Assembly (NCBI RefSeq): GCF_009914755.1
Contig: NC_060934.1
DNA length: 64,000 bases
Strand: one strand, 5' to 3'
Source: the human T2T-CHM13v2.0 reference genome, Homo sapiens
Shown here: piece by piece, positions 25,808 through 38,471 of the stretch
Numbering within the stretch: position 1 is the stretch's first letter
How the letters are laid out: every line of letters starts with the position of its first letter
The notes under the pieces: model-generated
Told to the model about the DNA's origin: nothing
The model's database searches: none
Seen by the model: the letters and a program-made list of their open reading frames with translations, nothing else
Translations under genes and position numbers: made by a program

Positions 25808-27799
25808 GTGAGTGCGGCCCGCCGAGCCCCCTACCCGCCCCCGCGGCAACAGTCGCACAGCCAACGTCGGGGCGGCCCGGCTGCTCTTGCTTGCCCAGCC
25901 GGTCTCGGCGACCCGTGCATAACCGGGGCTTCGCCCGCGCAGCCTAGGCGCCCGGGGCCCCGCAGCCTCTGGGCGTACCCCTCGCTGGTTACCCCCAAGT
26001 GAGCGGCCGCGGAAACTTTGCAGGCCCGCGGCATCGAGCACGGCGGGCCTAGGGCGGGTGTGTGCGCGTGGGTCGCGAGGTGACAGGAGCCGGCCCTCGT
26101 CCTTAATGGAGCGGCCAGAGCTGGGTGGGGGCGGCCCGGGAGCTCGGGGTTCCCGGCACTACCTGAATGCAGCCCGAAGCCAAGTTGTGCACGCGTTTGT
26201 CCTATAAAAGCGAAGTGAGTGGATTCCCATTTTGGAATCCCGGTGTCTCCAACCTCGAGTTGGAGAACCATGTTGAGTCAGTTCCCCGGAACCTTACAAA
26301 TGGACTCCACTTCCCCCGTTCCCATTCTACCGTTTTTTTTAAAAAATGATTTTTTTGAGTGGCGGTTCCAGGATTAGTCAAATAGCTTCTCCCGAGAATG
26401 CTCTTTAAAAGATTGTCAGACACCTTTGGGTTAAGTCTCAGTTTTTGCATGGGCCCGAATTGCAGTCCTATGAATTTCTGATTTATTCAGGTGACTTTTG
26501 GTTGGTCTGGAGTTTGCAAAAAGAAAAAAAGCTAAGACTAATTACTGCACGCAGTAATGTTTTATTTATTTTATTGGTTTGGCAACATATTTATTAGCAC
26601 TGTTGCTCAGTGATAACGACAGAGGGATATTTATGCATCATGCTTAAAATATAGTTTATAGAATTTTCAACTGAAAAGATTTGAAATTGGAAGTATCTTT
26701 TTATGACAAGGTGATTTTTTTAACCCAAACATCTTCTCATAGTTAATCTGGTTGAACTAATATGAAGAAATTTTTGTGTGAATGAATGAACACAACTTCA
26801 TAATTCGTTCCTGTCCACTTTAGGATGGAAGATTCTCTCCACTGTGGAAAGGCCACATTTAAACTTTGCTAAAGGAAAGATTTTTCTCGTTTGTCTTCGT
26901 GTAATTTCTTCTAAATGGTAGTTTAATCTTTTTAGGAGAGCATCTTTATTAAATGAGTGCCATGTATAAAGGGAGTAACACAACGTCTGGTTTCTAGTAC
27001 GCGCTTAGTAAATTATGGTTCCATATGACGTGTCTAGTGTTGTTATTTTAGATTTCCATTATTTTAAACATACGCTTAGATGTCTTTGAACTACAGCCAT
27101 ACTTTCTTCTTAAATTTATGCATTTAAAGGCATCTAGAAGGATGAAGGCCAGATCGGTCTTGATCACTTTCACAGCCTCTAGCACCTGAAAGAAAAGTCT
27201 AGCATATAATAAACAGTAAGTATTGTACTTTAAAGGGAGGAATAAATGAATGAGTTTATTACAGAAAGCCATTACCCAGTCCTATACTATGTTGACAGGC
27301 GAAAACATTTGGAAATAATGTCTTCTTTATGATGTGCAGTAAATTTCCTTTTTATGTTGTGCAGTATCTAGCGGAGGCTTTGTTTTGAATGATGGATCAA
27401 AAAAGAAAAAAAAGAAGATTTACATTTCTTAGAGCCAGGCTGCATACAGTTATTATAGACTATTGTAAGGAAATAAGGTGGAAAAAATAAGTGTAACCAG
27501 GTATTTGGCACTAAGGCTCAGTACAATTTTGCCAGAGTACAGTGAAATGATATTGTGTGTTCTTTCATTTCAAAGAAATCTTAAGTTTCAGTCATCAGGA
27601 ATTTTTGAGAGAATGTTTGGAAGACTCTTTTGCAGATTCAGGATAGTTTGAGAGAGTATAGGGCAGGTTTCCAATCTAGGCTGTGGAGTGCCCTCTCATC
27701 CCAGATCCCAGTTCATATGATTATGCTAGTTTAAACCCCGAAATATTAATTCACCTTCTGTCTCTCAAATTCAATAAATAATACTTCTAGCATTGACCC

Positions 27800-27925
27800 A
27801 GCCAGCAGTTCTCAACATTGGTTTCAGTTAAACCAGAAATCTAGTACTGGACATTGCCATTAATATGTTTAAATCTCTCCAAGGTGATTCTGAGATGCAG
27901 GTAGGCCTGAGAATTGCTGGCTGGG
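27800..27925. mobile_element. MER5-type hAT DNA transposon relic
   Basis: CAGTTCTCAAC..CCAAGGTGATTCTGAGATGCAG..TGAGAATTGCTG. Confidence 0.6.
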
Positions 27926-28589
27926 CAAATCTTGGAAGTGTTACCTGCCGTTCAGGGACATTTTTGGTAGAAATTCATTATTAGAGGCTGAGAGAAGAGA
28001 ACAGGTTTTAATTAAATAGAGTGTATATATATACACACTATATACATCTATATGTCTGTATTTGCTCATCTATATCTGTATGTATTTGAACTGAGTTATA
28101 TTGATTGTTAGGTTATTAGTAAACATTTTAAAACTACATTTTAAGAATCATTGACTCTAGTATATATCAAAAGCTGAAGTACTCAAATACCATATTTTTT
28201 ATGTCCTGAAAAACATCCCACCCAGCTGGTTTAGAAAGGTTTGAAGTTCATGGGTCTTCTATGATAGGTTAGTGTCTTTAAATCACAGAGATATGACATA
28301 TGTATCCATGCTTTCTTCCCTTTGTCACCAGGCACATGAAGGGGTAATACTTGTCCTGTAGAATTTCAGTAATTTTAGTGTCTGGGAACTTAGGTGTCTA
28401 TGGTGCTTAATGGCAACTTAATGTGTCTTTTTGCTCAGTTTATCTTAGTGTTAGGTTATTCATGTTTTTGAAATTGATATTGGACTCATGCTTTCCAGGT
28501 ATTATTTCTTATAAAATCATTCAGAGATTGAGAAAAAACAGCAACACATAACAACAATAGTAATCTTCAGAACAATTCTTTAGGAAAAT

Positions 28590-28800
28590 AAAAAAATGAT
28601 AGTAATAATTGCAGCCTATGTATTACTTACTCTGTAGCAGCTGTCACCAGCTGCCGCTCTAAGTACTTGGATTCCATTCATTTACTTAGAACTCACAGTA
28701 ACCCTATGGGTAATATTACCCTTACTTTAAGACAAAGAAATGAGTCACTGAGAGGAGAAATGACTTGTCCAAAGTCACACAGCCAATACATGGCAAATGG
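28590..28800 (-). mobile_element. MIR
   Basis: AACCCTATGGGT..CTGAGAGGAGAAATGACTTGTCCAAAGTCACACAGC. Confidence 0.7.
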
Positions 28801-29068
28801 AAACTTTCCATTGTTGCTTGACTTAGCCATCAAACGTTAGCTAGTCTGGGGTTGCCTTCTGGGATAGGGTGTCTTGTCATTGCAGTCATATCCATACTTT
28901 CTCAAGGATAAACTTCTTCTGTCTGCAGCAGTTATTCAGTCCAGACTTCCAGGATTAGATTATTTCTGTGGGAGGAGAAAGGGAGGGAGGGACTAAAGAG
29001 AATTTAAAATGTGAGGAGACCAAATAAATCAGGATACTTGTAACAGCTGTACCATAGTGTCCTTGTAG

Positions 29069-30200
<1,132 letters not shown>

Positions 30201-31537
30201 TGAGTGAAACCAACCATTGAAGGATGTGAATGAAAACATCATCGCGTATGTTTATTGGGTGAGGGGAAACAGGAGGCAAGGAGAATGAAGAGGACTTGTA
30301 ATAATGAAAGTAGCGTGGATGTGAAACTTTTTGGCTTTGTAGTTTAACCTGAGAGGTAGCAGATAGGGTGAAGTACTGAAAATGAAACTTAAAGGTTTTA
30401 AAGCTTAAAAAGAAAAAAAGCATACCCAGGCTGAAAGGAAACCTGGCTAATGGGAATCTGTTTAATAATGTGGTATGTTTAGTCTTTTTTCCTTGTTTCT
30501 TTCAACGAATGACTTTAGCTGTGGCCTTACATCCTTAAGGATCAAATTGAGACTCAAATGCTCAATTAACCAAAAAATACTAGATGAACATCTGCAATTA
30601 TGAACATAGTCACTTATGTTGATTTTCTTGTCTGAAACATGAAGTGTCTAATGGGATATAGGTACATGGTGTTTTGGCTGTCTACAGCCAGAGAAGCTAG
30701 AAGCCTCAGGGACTCATCCCAAGCAGCGGAGGGATAACTGGCAAAACTGCTTGCCGTTAGAAGAGTGGGGACACAGGGCAATTTGAAATCTAAGTGCCTG
30801 TAGGATGAGCTTGCATATTGCTCTTGGCTTCCTTGAGTCTCTACAATCTATTTAACATCACCTCTGCAGCACTCTTTCTTGAATCTTGGTCCCACATTAA
30901 CATTACCAGCCCTGGTGGGCAGAACATACCGTGGACTTTCTTTCCAGGCTAAGACTTATCAGCCCTGCTGTCTGCAAGGTATGTGGAGACACCCCGACCA
31001 AGCATGTGACTTCATATTAGTTAGCAGTGTGGAGAAGTGCAGTTTAAAGATTTGTCAAGAGAGCCATTCTCCATAGCACTGACCATGGGTCCATGACCTG
31101 TCTCTGCTTACTTTTCATGTTTCTCTTTCACTTAGAATCAGGGAGTCGTTTGCTTCCACACACCCATTTTACAGGTGGGAAGACTGAATCTCAGAGAGGT
31201 GTAGTTTCTTGCCCAGGTCATGCAGATCATGGATGATGGTAGTAGAATTTACTTTGTTAATTTTCGGCCAACAACCGTGCTAATTACTTGACCTGTATTG
31301 TTTTTCTTAGTCTTCTTATCATTCTCCCCATTTTCTAGGTGAAGAAATTGAGCCTTAAAGGTTAAGGCATTTGCGGAAGGTTCCTCAGTTTGTTAGTGGC
31401 AGCTGGGGTTCGGTCTGCTGTCAGCTTGCCTCCATGCCTCAACTGCCCTGTGACAGCTAATTAGAGAATGATCCGTGTCTAGAATCTGAACCTCCTGATG
31501 GCCTGGCCCAGCCCACTTTGTTTCAAGAGATTCATAG

Positions 31538-31887
<350 letters not shown>

Positions 31888-31982
31888 CTCCTGCCTGCTT
31901 TTTGAGAGTAATGAAAATTAAATAATTCCATGGAGTGGTAGATTTTCTCACCTTCTCACCCTCCTCTACAAAGCTGATGGTC

Positions 31983-32289
31983 TTTTTTTTTTTTTTTTTT
32001 TTTTTTGAAACGGAGTTTCGCTCTTATTGCCCAGGCTGGAGTGCAGTGATGCCATCTCGGCTCACTGCAACCTCCGCCTCCTGGGTTGAAGCAATTCCCC
32101 TGCCTCAGCCTCCTAAGTAACTGGGACTACAGGCACGTGCCACCACGTCCGGCTAATTTTTGTACTTTTAGTAGAGACGGGGTTTTGCCATGTTGGCCAG
32201 GCCGATCTCAAACTCCTGACCTCAGGTGATCTGCCTGCCTCTGCCTCCCAAAATGCTGGGATTACAGGTGTGAGCCACAGTCTCCGGCC
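31983..32289 (-). mobile_element. AluS
   Basis: TSD CTGATGGTCTT. Confidence 0.87.
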
Positions 32290-33009
32290 TGATGGTCTTG
32301 CTTTTACATTTCTGGCTAGATGAAACTAATGCAAGGATTAAATTTATTTCTATCCAGCAAGGGGCAGAACCAAAAAATACCAAGAAGCAGGATATGTGTG
32401 TGGCTTTGAAATTCTGTTTTAATCACATAGGGTCAGAGATTTAGCTCCAAGTGTGTCACATTGGATTGACTTTGAGGAAACAGTGCTATTTTTCACAAGA
32501 GGGCTATTGACAGTATCATACTTGTCACACTTCAAAGTGTGAATCCTTTCATGATTCAACATTGGGCTGTGAGGGTAGGTCCCCAGCAATGACAGTTGAT
32601 GTAAGTCCCTCATCCTTTCAGTATTATTTCCAGTTTATAGCTGGAAGAAGGGTGAGAGTTCACTTTCCCTGCAGCATTTCTCATCCTCTTCAGATGTTGA
32701 GTAGTTTGTTGCTTGGAGCCTTGGTCAGGAGACCATTTCTTCTCTGATTCTCAGCATTATTCTAGCCTGTCTTTCCTGAAGAAAGGAGAGGCTCAAGGAA
32801 GGTAAAGTCAGAGAAGGCTCTTCTCAGGGGATTTATAGGGTGTGCTCCCAGCTCTGTGAAGTATGGTGGAGGGCAAAGAGAGGAAGCCTTGTAATGGGAA
32901 GACCCGCATTCCAGATGAGGTTCTACTTTTACTGAGGGGCCTCCGTCCTGCTGAGCCTCACCTTCCTCTTCTGCTTAAAAAAAGTGCTTAAAAATACTGC
33001 CTTGCCTTG

Positions 33010-34083
33010 GGCTGGGCGCCGTGGCTCATGCCTGTAATCCCAGCACTTTGGGAGGCTGAGGCAGGCGGATCATGAGGTCAGGAGATCAAGACCATCCTGG
33101 CTAACATGGTGAAAACTGGTCTTTACTAGAAATACAAAAAAAATTTTTTTTTCAGTTGGTATACTTTATTTCTTTTTTACTTTTTAAATTATACTTTAAG
33201 TTTTAGGGTACATGTGCACAATGTGCAGGTTTATTACATATGTATACATGTGCCATGTTGGTGTGCTGCACCCATTAACTCGTCATTTAACATTAGGTAT
33301 ATCTCCTAATGCTATCCCTCCCCACTCCCCCCACCCGACAACAGGCCCCGGTGTGTGATGTTCCCCTTCCTGTGTCCATGTGTTCTCATTGTTCAATTCC
33401 CACCTATGAGTGAGAACATGCCGTGTTTGGTTTTTTGTCCGTGCGATAGTTTGCTGAGAATGATGGTTTCCAGCTTCATCCATGTCCCTACAAAGGACAT
33501 GAACTCATCATTTTTTATGGCTGCATAGTATTCCCTGGTGTATACGTGCCACATCTTCTTAATGCAGTCTATCATTGTTGGACATTTGGGTTGGTTCCAA
33601 GTCTTTGCTATTGTGAATAGTGCCGCAATAAACATGCATGTGCATGTGTCTTTATAGCAGCATGATTTATAATCCTTTGGGTATATACCCAGTAATGGGA
33701 TGGCTGGGCGAAATGGTATTTCTAGTTCTAGATCCCTGAGGAATCACCACACTGACTTCCACAATGGTTGAACTAGTTTACGTCCTACCAACAGTGTAAA
33801 AATGTTCCTATTTCTCCACATCCTCTCCAGCACCTGTTGTTTCCTGACTTTTTAATGATTGCCATTCTAACTGGTGTGAGATGGTATCTCATTATGGTTT
33901 TGATTTGCATTTTAAAAAATTAGCTGGGTGTGGTGGCGGGTGCCTGTGGTCCCAGCTACTCAGGAGGCTGAGGCAGGAGAATGGCGTGAACCCAGGAGGC
34001 GGAGCTTGCAGTGAACCGAGGTAGCGCCACTGCACTCTAGCCTGGGTGACAGTGAGACTCCATCTCAAAAAAAAAAAAAAAAA
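33010..34083 (+). mobile_element. AluY split by the L1PA (left arm 33010-33143, right arm 33914-34083)
   Basis: AluY diagnostics GAGAATGGCGTGAACCC and GGAGCTTGCAGTG; imperfect outer TSD ACTGCCTTGCCTT / ACTGACTCGCCTT. Confidence 0.88.
33144..33912 (-). mobile_element. 5'-truncated young L1PA (L1PA3/4-like) 3' end inserted in an AluY linker
   Basis: Minus ORF 33393-33635 is the L1 ORF2p C-terminus (MFIAALFTIAKTWNQPKCP..MFSLIGGN); typical L1PA 3'UTR; TSD AAAAAATT at 33138-33145 and 33914-33921. Confidence 0.92.
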
Positions 34084-35243
34084 CTGACTCGCCTTACACA
34101 TTGAGGTAGTACTATGAGGATCCAAATGAGGCTAAAATGCTTAAAAAGCCACAAAGTACTAGATGAACTTATGTCATTATGAATGTGGTACTCATATTGA
34201 TTTTCTTGTATTATATGTGAAGTGTGCTCCAGTATCTCCACCTAATTATGTTTGGACTGTCCATAGTTGGAGAAGCTGGAAGCCTAAAGAGCTTATCCTA
34301 ACAAAGACATCAAAGCAGGCTTCAAGGCAGTCCCAGAGCATAACTGTAATTTTAGAGCTGGGTAGGGTAAGGTTATATAGAGCTGTCTGACCTTTGAGTG
34401 GGATGCTTGCTGGCTGTAGAATTTGGAATAGAAATACTATTTCTCAGATTCATTACTCTTCTGAGTTGCATCTTTCTGAAGTCAGTGTGATGCCACACAG
34501 GAGCAGTGGGATGAATATTTGAAGAAGCTTTCCCTGACTCCTGGGGTAATGGAACCCACCCAGGCTGTCTGCTAACTGTGTCCCCGGAACCACATTCCTA
34601 GGAATGTCAGCATGCACCCTTAGGTGTAAGCTGGAGCCAGGGCTTGCTTGCTTGCTTATTTATTTATTCAAAGAATAGGATTTTGAGGCATGCATAAATA
34701 TGCTTTATTATATTAAAATACTGCTTTTTAATAAAGGGTAGTTGGTTACCTAAAATAATAAGATCAAGCGTTCCTCAGCAGGTTATTAGGGGCTGTTGTT
34801 CTCATTTCTTTTAGGAAAGGAATCTAACTGGCTAGACCCACAATTGCAGGGAGCTCAGGAGATACCCCACCCACCTTTTCTTTCTTGCTGTTGGCTCTGT
34901 GTGTTGCTGGTAGCTGTTGCTAGGCTCTCTGTCTCCCTTTACTTTTTCTAGGGGCTTCCTTTGCTATTTGCCAGCTTGGAAAGAAGGGTGTGCTAAAGCT
35001 AAAATTGAGCATGTCAGCCTGGCAAGTCACATTGGTGGATCCCACACATCAGCAAGATTTTGCCTGTAAAGTCTCTTGATGACTCTGGCAGAAGAGGTCA
35101 TTTCAGGGGTTGGCCAACTCCAGACTGCCACTTTGTTGCCTTGCCAGGAAGGTTGCTTTTCAAATAGATAAGTGGAAAACCTGTAAATCTGTTTTTTTCA
35201 CCTTTGTCAGAAGATGGACATTCTATACATTAGGTTTTACTGT

Positions 35244-35527
35244 TTTTTTGAGATGGGTTTTGTTCTGTTGCCCAGGCTGGAGTGCAGTGGCGTTAGCTCA
35301 CTGCAAACCTCCGCCTCCTGGGCTTAAGTGATCCTCCCACCTCAGCCTCCTGAGTAGCTGGGACTATAGTCGTGTGCCACCATGCCCAGCTAATTTTTGT
35401 ATTTTTTGTAGAGACAGGGTTACGCCTTGTTGCCCGGGCTGGTCTCGAACTCCTGGGCTCAAGCCATCTGCCCGCCTCGGCCTTCCAAAGTGCTGGGATT
35501 ATAGGTGTGAGCCACCATGGGTTGCCC
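35244..35527 (-). mobile_element. AluJ
   Basis: Reverse-complement dimer. Confidence 0.85.
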
Positions 35528-37558
35528 CATTAGTTTGTAAAGAAACTTTTTTGTTATTGTTTTGTTTTGTTTTGTTTTTTAGTATGGTTTAAAAACTGAT
35601 CTGAGAGGCAGTTTCATAAAAGAAATTGTAAAATGTTTTGGGCCATGGTAACAACTCTGGGCTGAGTCTAGTCTCCCATGGTTATACTACTTGCATTAAA
35701 AAGTACTTCACTGCAGACACATTATCCCTTATTGGGGATGTGTAGTGGGGCTTCAGACACATTGTCCCGTACTGGGGATGTATAGTGGGGCTTCACTGGG
35801 TATGGTGTATTTGAGTGGCTTGCTCAGCAGAGATGTGTGAGCAGCTTAGACATGTCAGCTGGCTCCTGGTACTGAGAGAAATACAGCTGGGCACAGTAAG
35901 GAGAATTGTTAGCAACTACAATCACATCCGTGCCAGTTTGCTTTGTGAGCTTTGCAGAAATCCCAGTTGGGTGGTGAAATGCAAGTCACTTCTATTTTGG
36001 ATGCCTCTGATTATAGACCTTCTGACTGTTGAAGGCTGACTAGGAAATACTCTGCATGGGAGTTCTATGTAATATAGCTATATGTTTCAAAACTGTGAGT
36101 GCAGTGCTTACAACATTTTATAAGCAAGTTCTTTATTTTGGGTGGATGCTTCTGTTCTTGGTGGTCAATAAGGAAAAAGAGCAGTTATTAAGGATATTTT
36201 GTTTATATTTGGTAAGCTCCTTGTCTCACACTGCAGATTTAACATGAATCAGAGGAATTAGTGTATGGGTGGGTAGGATGAGTTCTGTTTTTTGCTTCTC
36301 AAGAAAAGATTTCACTCCAAATTTAGAATTCTGTCTATTAATGATTATATGATCTTAGGATTTTAATTGACTTTCAGGATTTTATTGGATACATTTATTC
36401 CAGTTAGTGCAATGATAATAATCCTTTAAATTATTTCTGGTTCTTACAGTAGGTTTGTAAAATTTGTGTAGTTGTTTAAAAGTCCAGGTTTTACAGCTCC
36501 TCGTCTGTGTATCCTGTCAAAGTCCCGGAGGAGAAAGAAGTCATGGTGCTGTGTTTAATCCAGTTTCAAAAATTTCAGACGCACATATTTATCAAGGATT
36601 CCTTTCATTTACAGTGAGTGTTAACTTTTGTCAGTTTAGGGATAATCTTATTTTTCCACAGCCTTTTTTCCCTCAAGCTGTGAACCGTTATTGCACCATG
36701 TAGTGCTTGTTGCTCTTTTGCTTGCAAAGTGATGATAAGCAGTTTATATAGCATTAGAGATTGTGTTCTATATTCTGAAAGCCAAAGCTGATGTTATTGA
36801 AGAGTTACAAGTTGTTTATTCACTCTAATGTTAGCAAATATTCGACTCCCACTTTTCTGTAAGATAAGTCTGATGTCTGATTTGTCATTTCTCCTATTTG
36901 GTGGTAGGGAGTCTGGAGGAAGCCTAGCAACCTTGCTGTTCAGAAAGGATGATGCCAGGCATAACCACGGAGGGGTCCATCTGAGGGCTGCTTTGCGAAC
37001 CACTGGCTTCTGAGGAAGATTGTTGGTTCCGTTAGGGCACATATCTTAAGCACCGTGTGTGCTCTGCAGGCACACTTGGCTGTTGGTTGAGTTCTCTTCT
37101 GAAGCAGGAGGATACGACTTCGTCACTCACAGTACGAAGCTGCCTGCAGTCTCTGGATGTTGGAAGTGTAAGATGTGAGCAGAGAATATGAGCAGGAGCC
37201 CCCGTCCAGGGTGGGATGAGTCAGGGAGGACCCCATTGCAAGATAGCAGGGCTCTGAAAGCCCGGCAGGGCCCTGAGAGGTCAGCAGCAGGCAGCCAGAA
37301 GTAGGTTGGGTGCTTTTATTCTTAGCGATGTTTGGGTGCCTGTGTGCTGTGCCCTGGAGAATGGTTCGGGCTGGACAGCTAGCATGGCAGTGATTCTCAG
37401 TCAGGGATGGTCTGAATCTGGACACAATTTCCTTCTTTCATGGAACTAATATTCTGAGAGAAACAGTTGTTGAAATCTAAGTTGGGTTTTTTTTTTTTGA
37501 AAATGAACCTTACTCTTGTATCCAGGATATTTTGTAAGGGAGCATTGTAACAGGAATC

Positions 37559-37789
37559 CAGTGACCCTTGAACAACACTAACTTGAACTGTGCGGGTACA
37601 CTTCCATGTGAATTTTTTCCAACCAAACCAGGTTGAAAATGCAGTGTTCTCGGGATGTAAAATAGAGGGCCGCCTTTTTGTGTATCAGCGGGTTCCACAG
37701 GGTGGACGGTGGGACTTGAGCGTGCTTGGGTTTTGGTATCTGCAGGGGTCCTGGAACCAATCCCCCTCGGACACTGAGGGATGGCTGTA
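37559..37789. mobile_element. MER8 (Tigger-derived MITE)
   Basis: Ends CAGTGACCCTTGAACAACAC and GGGGTCCTGGAACCAATCCCC..GAGGGATGGCTGTA. Confidence 0.75.
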
Positions 37790-38260
37790 GAGGTAAGAGT
37801 GAAGGGTACCTCTGGAAGGAGAGCTCAGCAGGTGAGTTAGAGAAGGGATGGTGTAGATGTGTGAGCAGTCTGCTAGGAGACAGCCAGCTGCCTCATGGAC
37901 ACAGCAGAGCCTCTCCTTGCTACCCACTCTCCCACAACCTCAGACTACATCTGTGTCTTCACTTTGGAAGTGGCATGTTGACAGTCAAGGCCTCAAATGA
38001 GTGCATTTCCCTGCCCTCTTTGTCTGGCTTTAACATGGTTTGAAACATGATGTTAAACTACAATATTGATGCCAACCAGAGAAGGACAGTGTGCAAGTTG
38101 GCGATACACTTCTTAGTGTTCTGTTCCCTAAGCTCATTTTCATAAATGGGTTTCTTTCTTGATTAGTCATATTCACATATGAATGTGTATTTGCTAAATC
38201 TCAATTCTTGGTGTGAAATTCAAGGACACTTTAAAGCAGGAATTGATAAGGAAGCTATAG

Positions 38261-38471
38261 CAGGGTTTCTCCCTCCCAGCACTGTTGACATTAGGGGGGG
38301 CTGCCCTATCCATTGCAGGATGTTTAGCGGCCTCCCACCTCTGTCCACCAGATGCCATGCCAGCTGCAGCAACAGCACCCTCCATAACAACAACAAAAAA
38401 ATGTTTCCAGATGTGGCCAAATGAAATCTCCCCTGAGAGGGCAACTCCTCTACTCTGCCTGAAAATCAGTG
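38261..38471. mobile_element. MER20 hAT transposon
   Basis: CAGGGTTTCTC..GCACTGTTGACATT..TGCAGGATGTTTAGC..TCCAGATGTGGCCAAATG..TGAAAATCAGTG. Confidence 0.75.

Larger units (their letters stand above)
24530..26300. promoter_or_regulatory. CCNY: CpG-island promoter of CCNY (probably bidirectional)
   Basis: Very GC- and CpG-rich ~1.8 kb in CpG-poor surroundings; tandem GC boxes GGGGCGGGGCGGGGG near 25050-25064; contains exon 1. Confidence 0.93.
32900..34160 (+). mobile_element. MIR remnant interrupted by the AluY/L1PA
   Basis: CTGAGCCTCACCTTCCTCTTCTG before, and GAGGATCCAAATGAG..AATGCTTAAAAAGC after, resemble the MIR core and 3' part. Confidence 0.5.

Noticed and set aside
25808-25947. Continuation of the CCNY ORF (GECGPPSP..) past the donor
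   Set aside because: Intronic read-through after the canonical GTGAGT donor; does not match the cyclin Y continuation.
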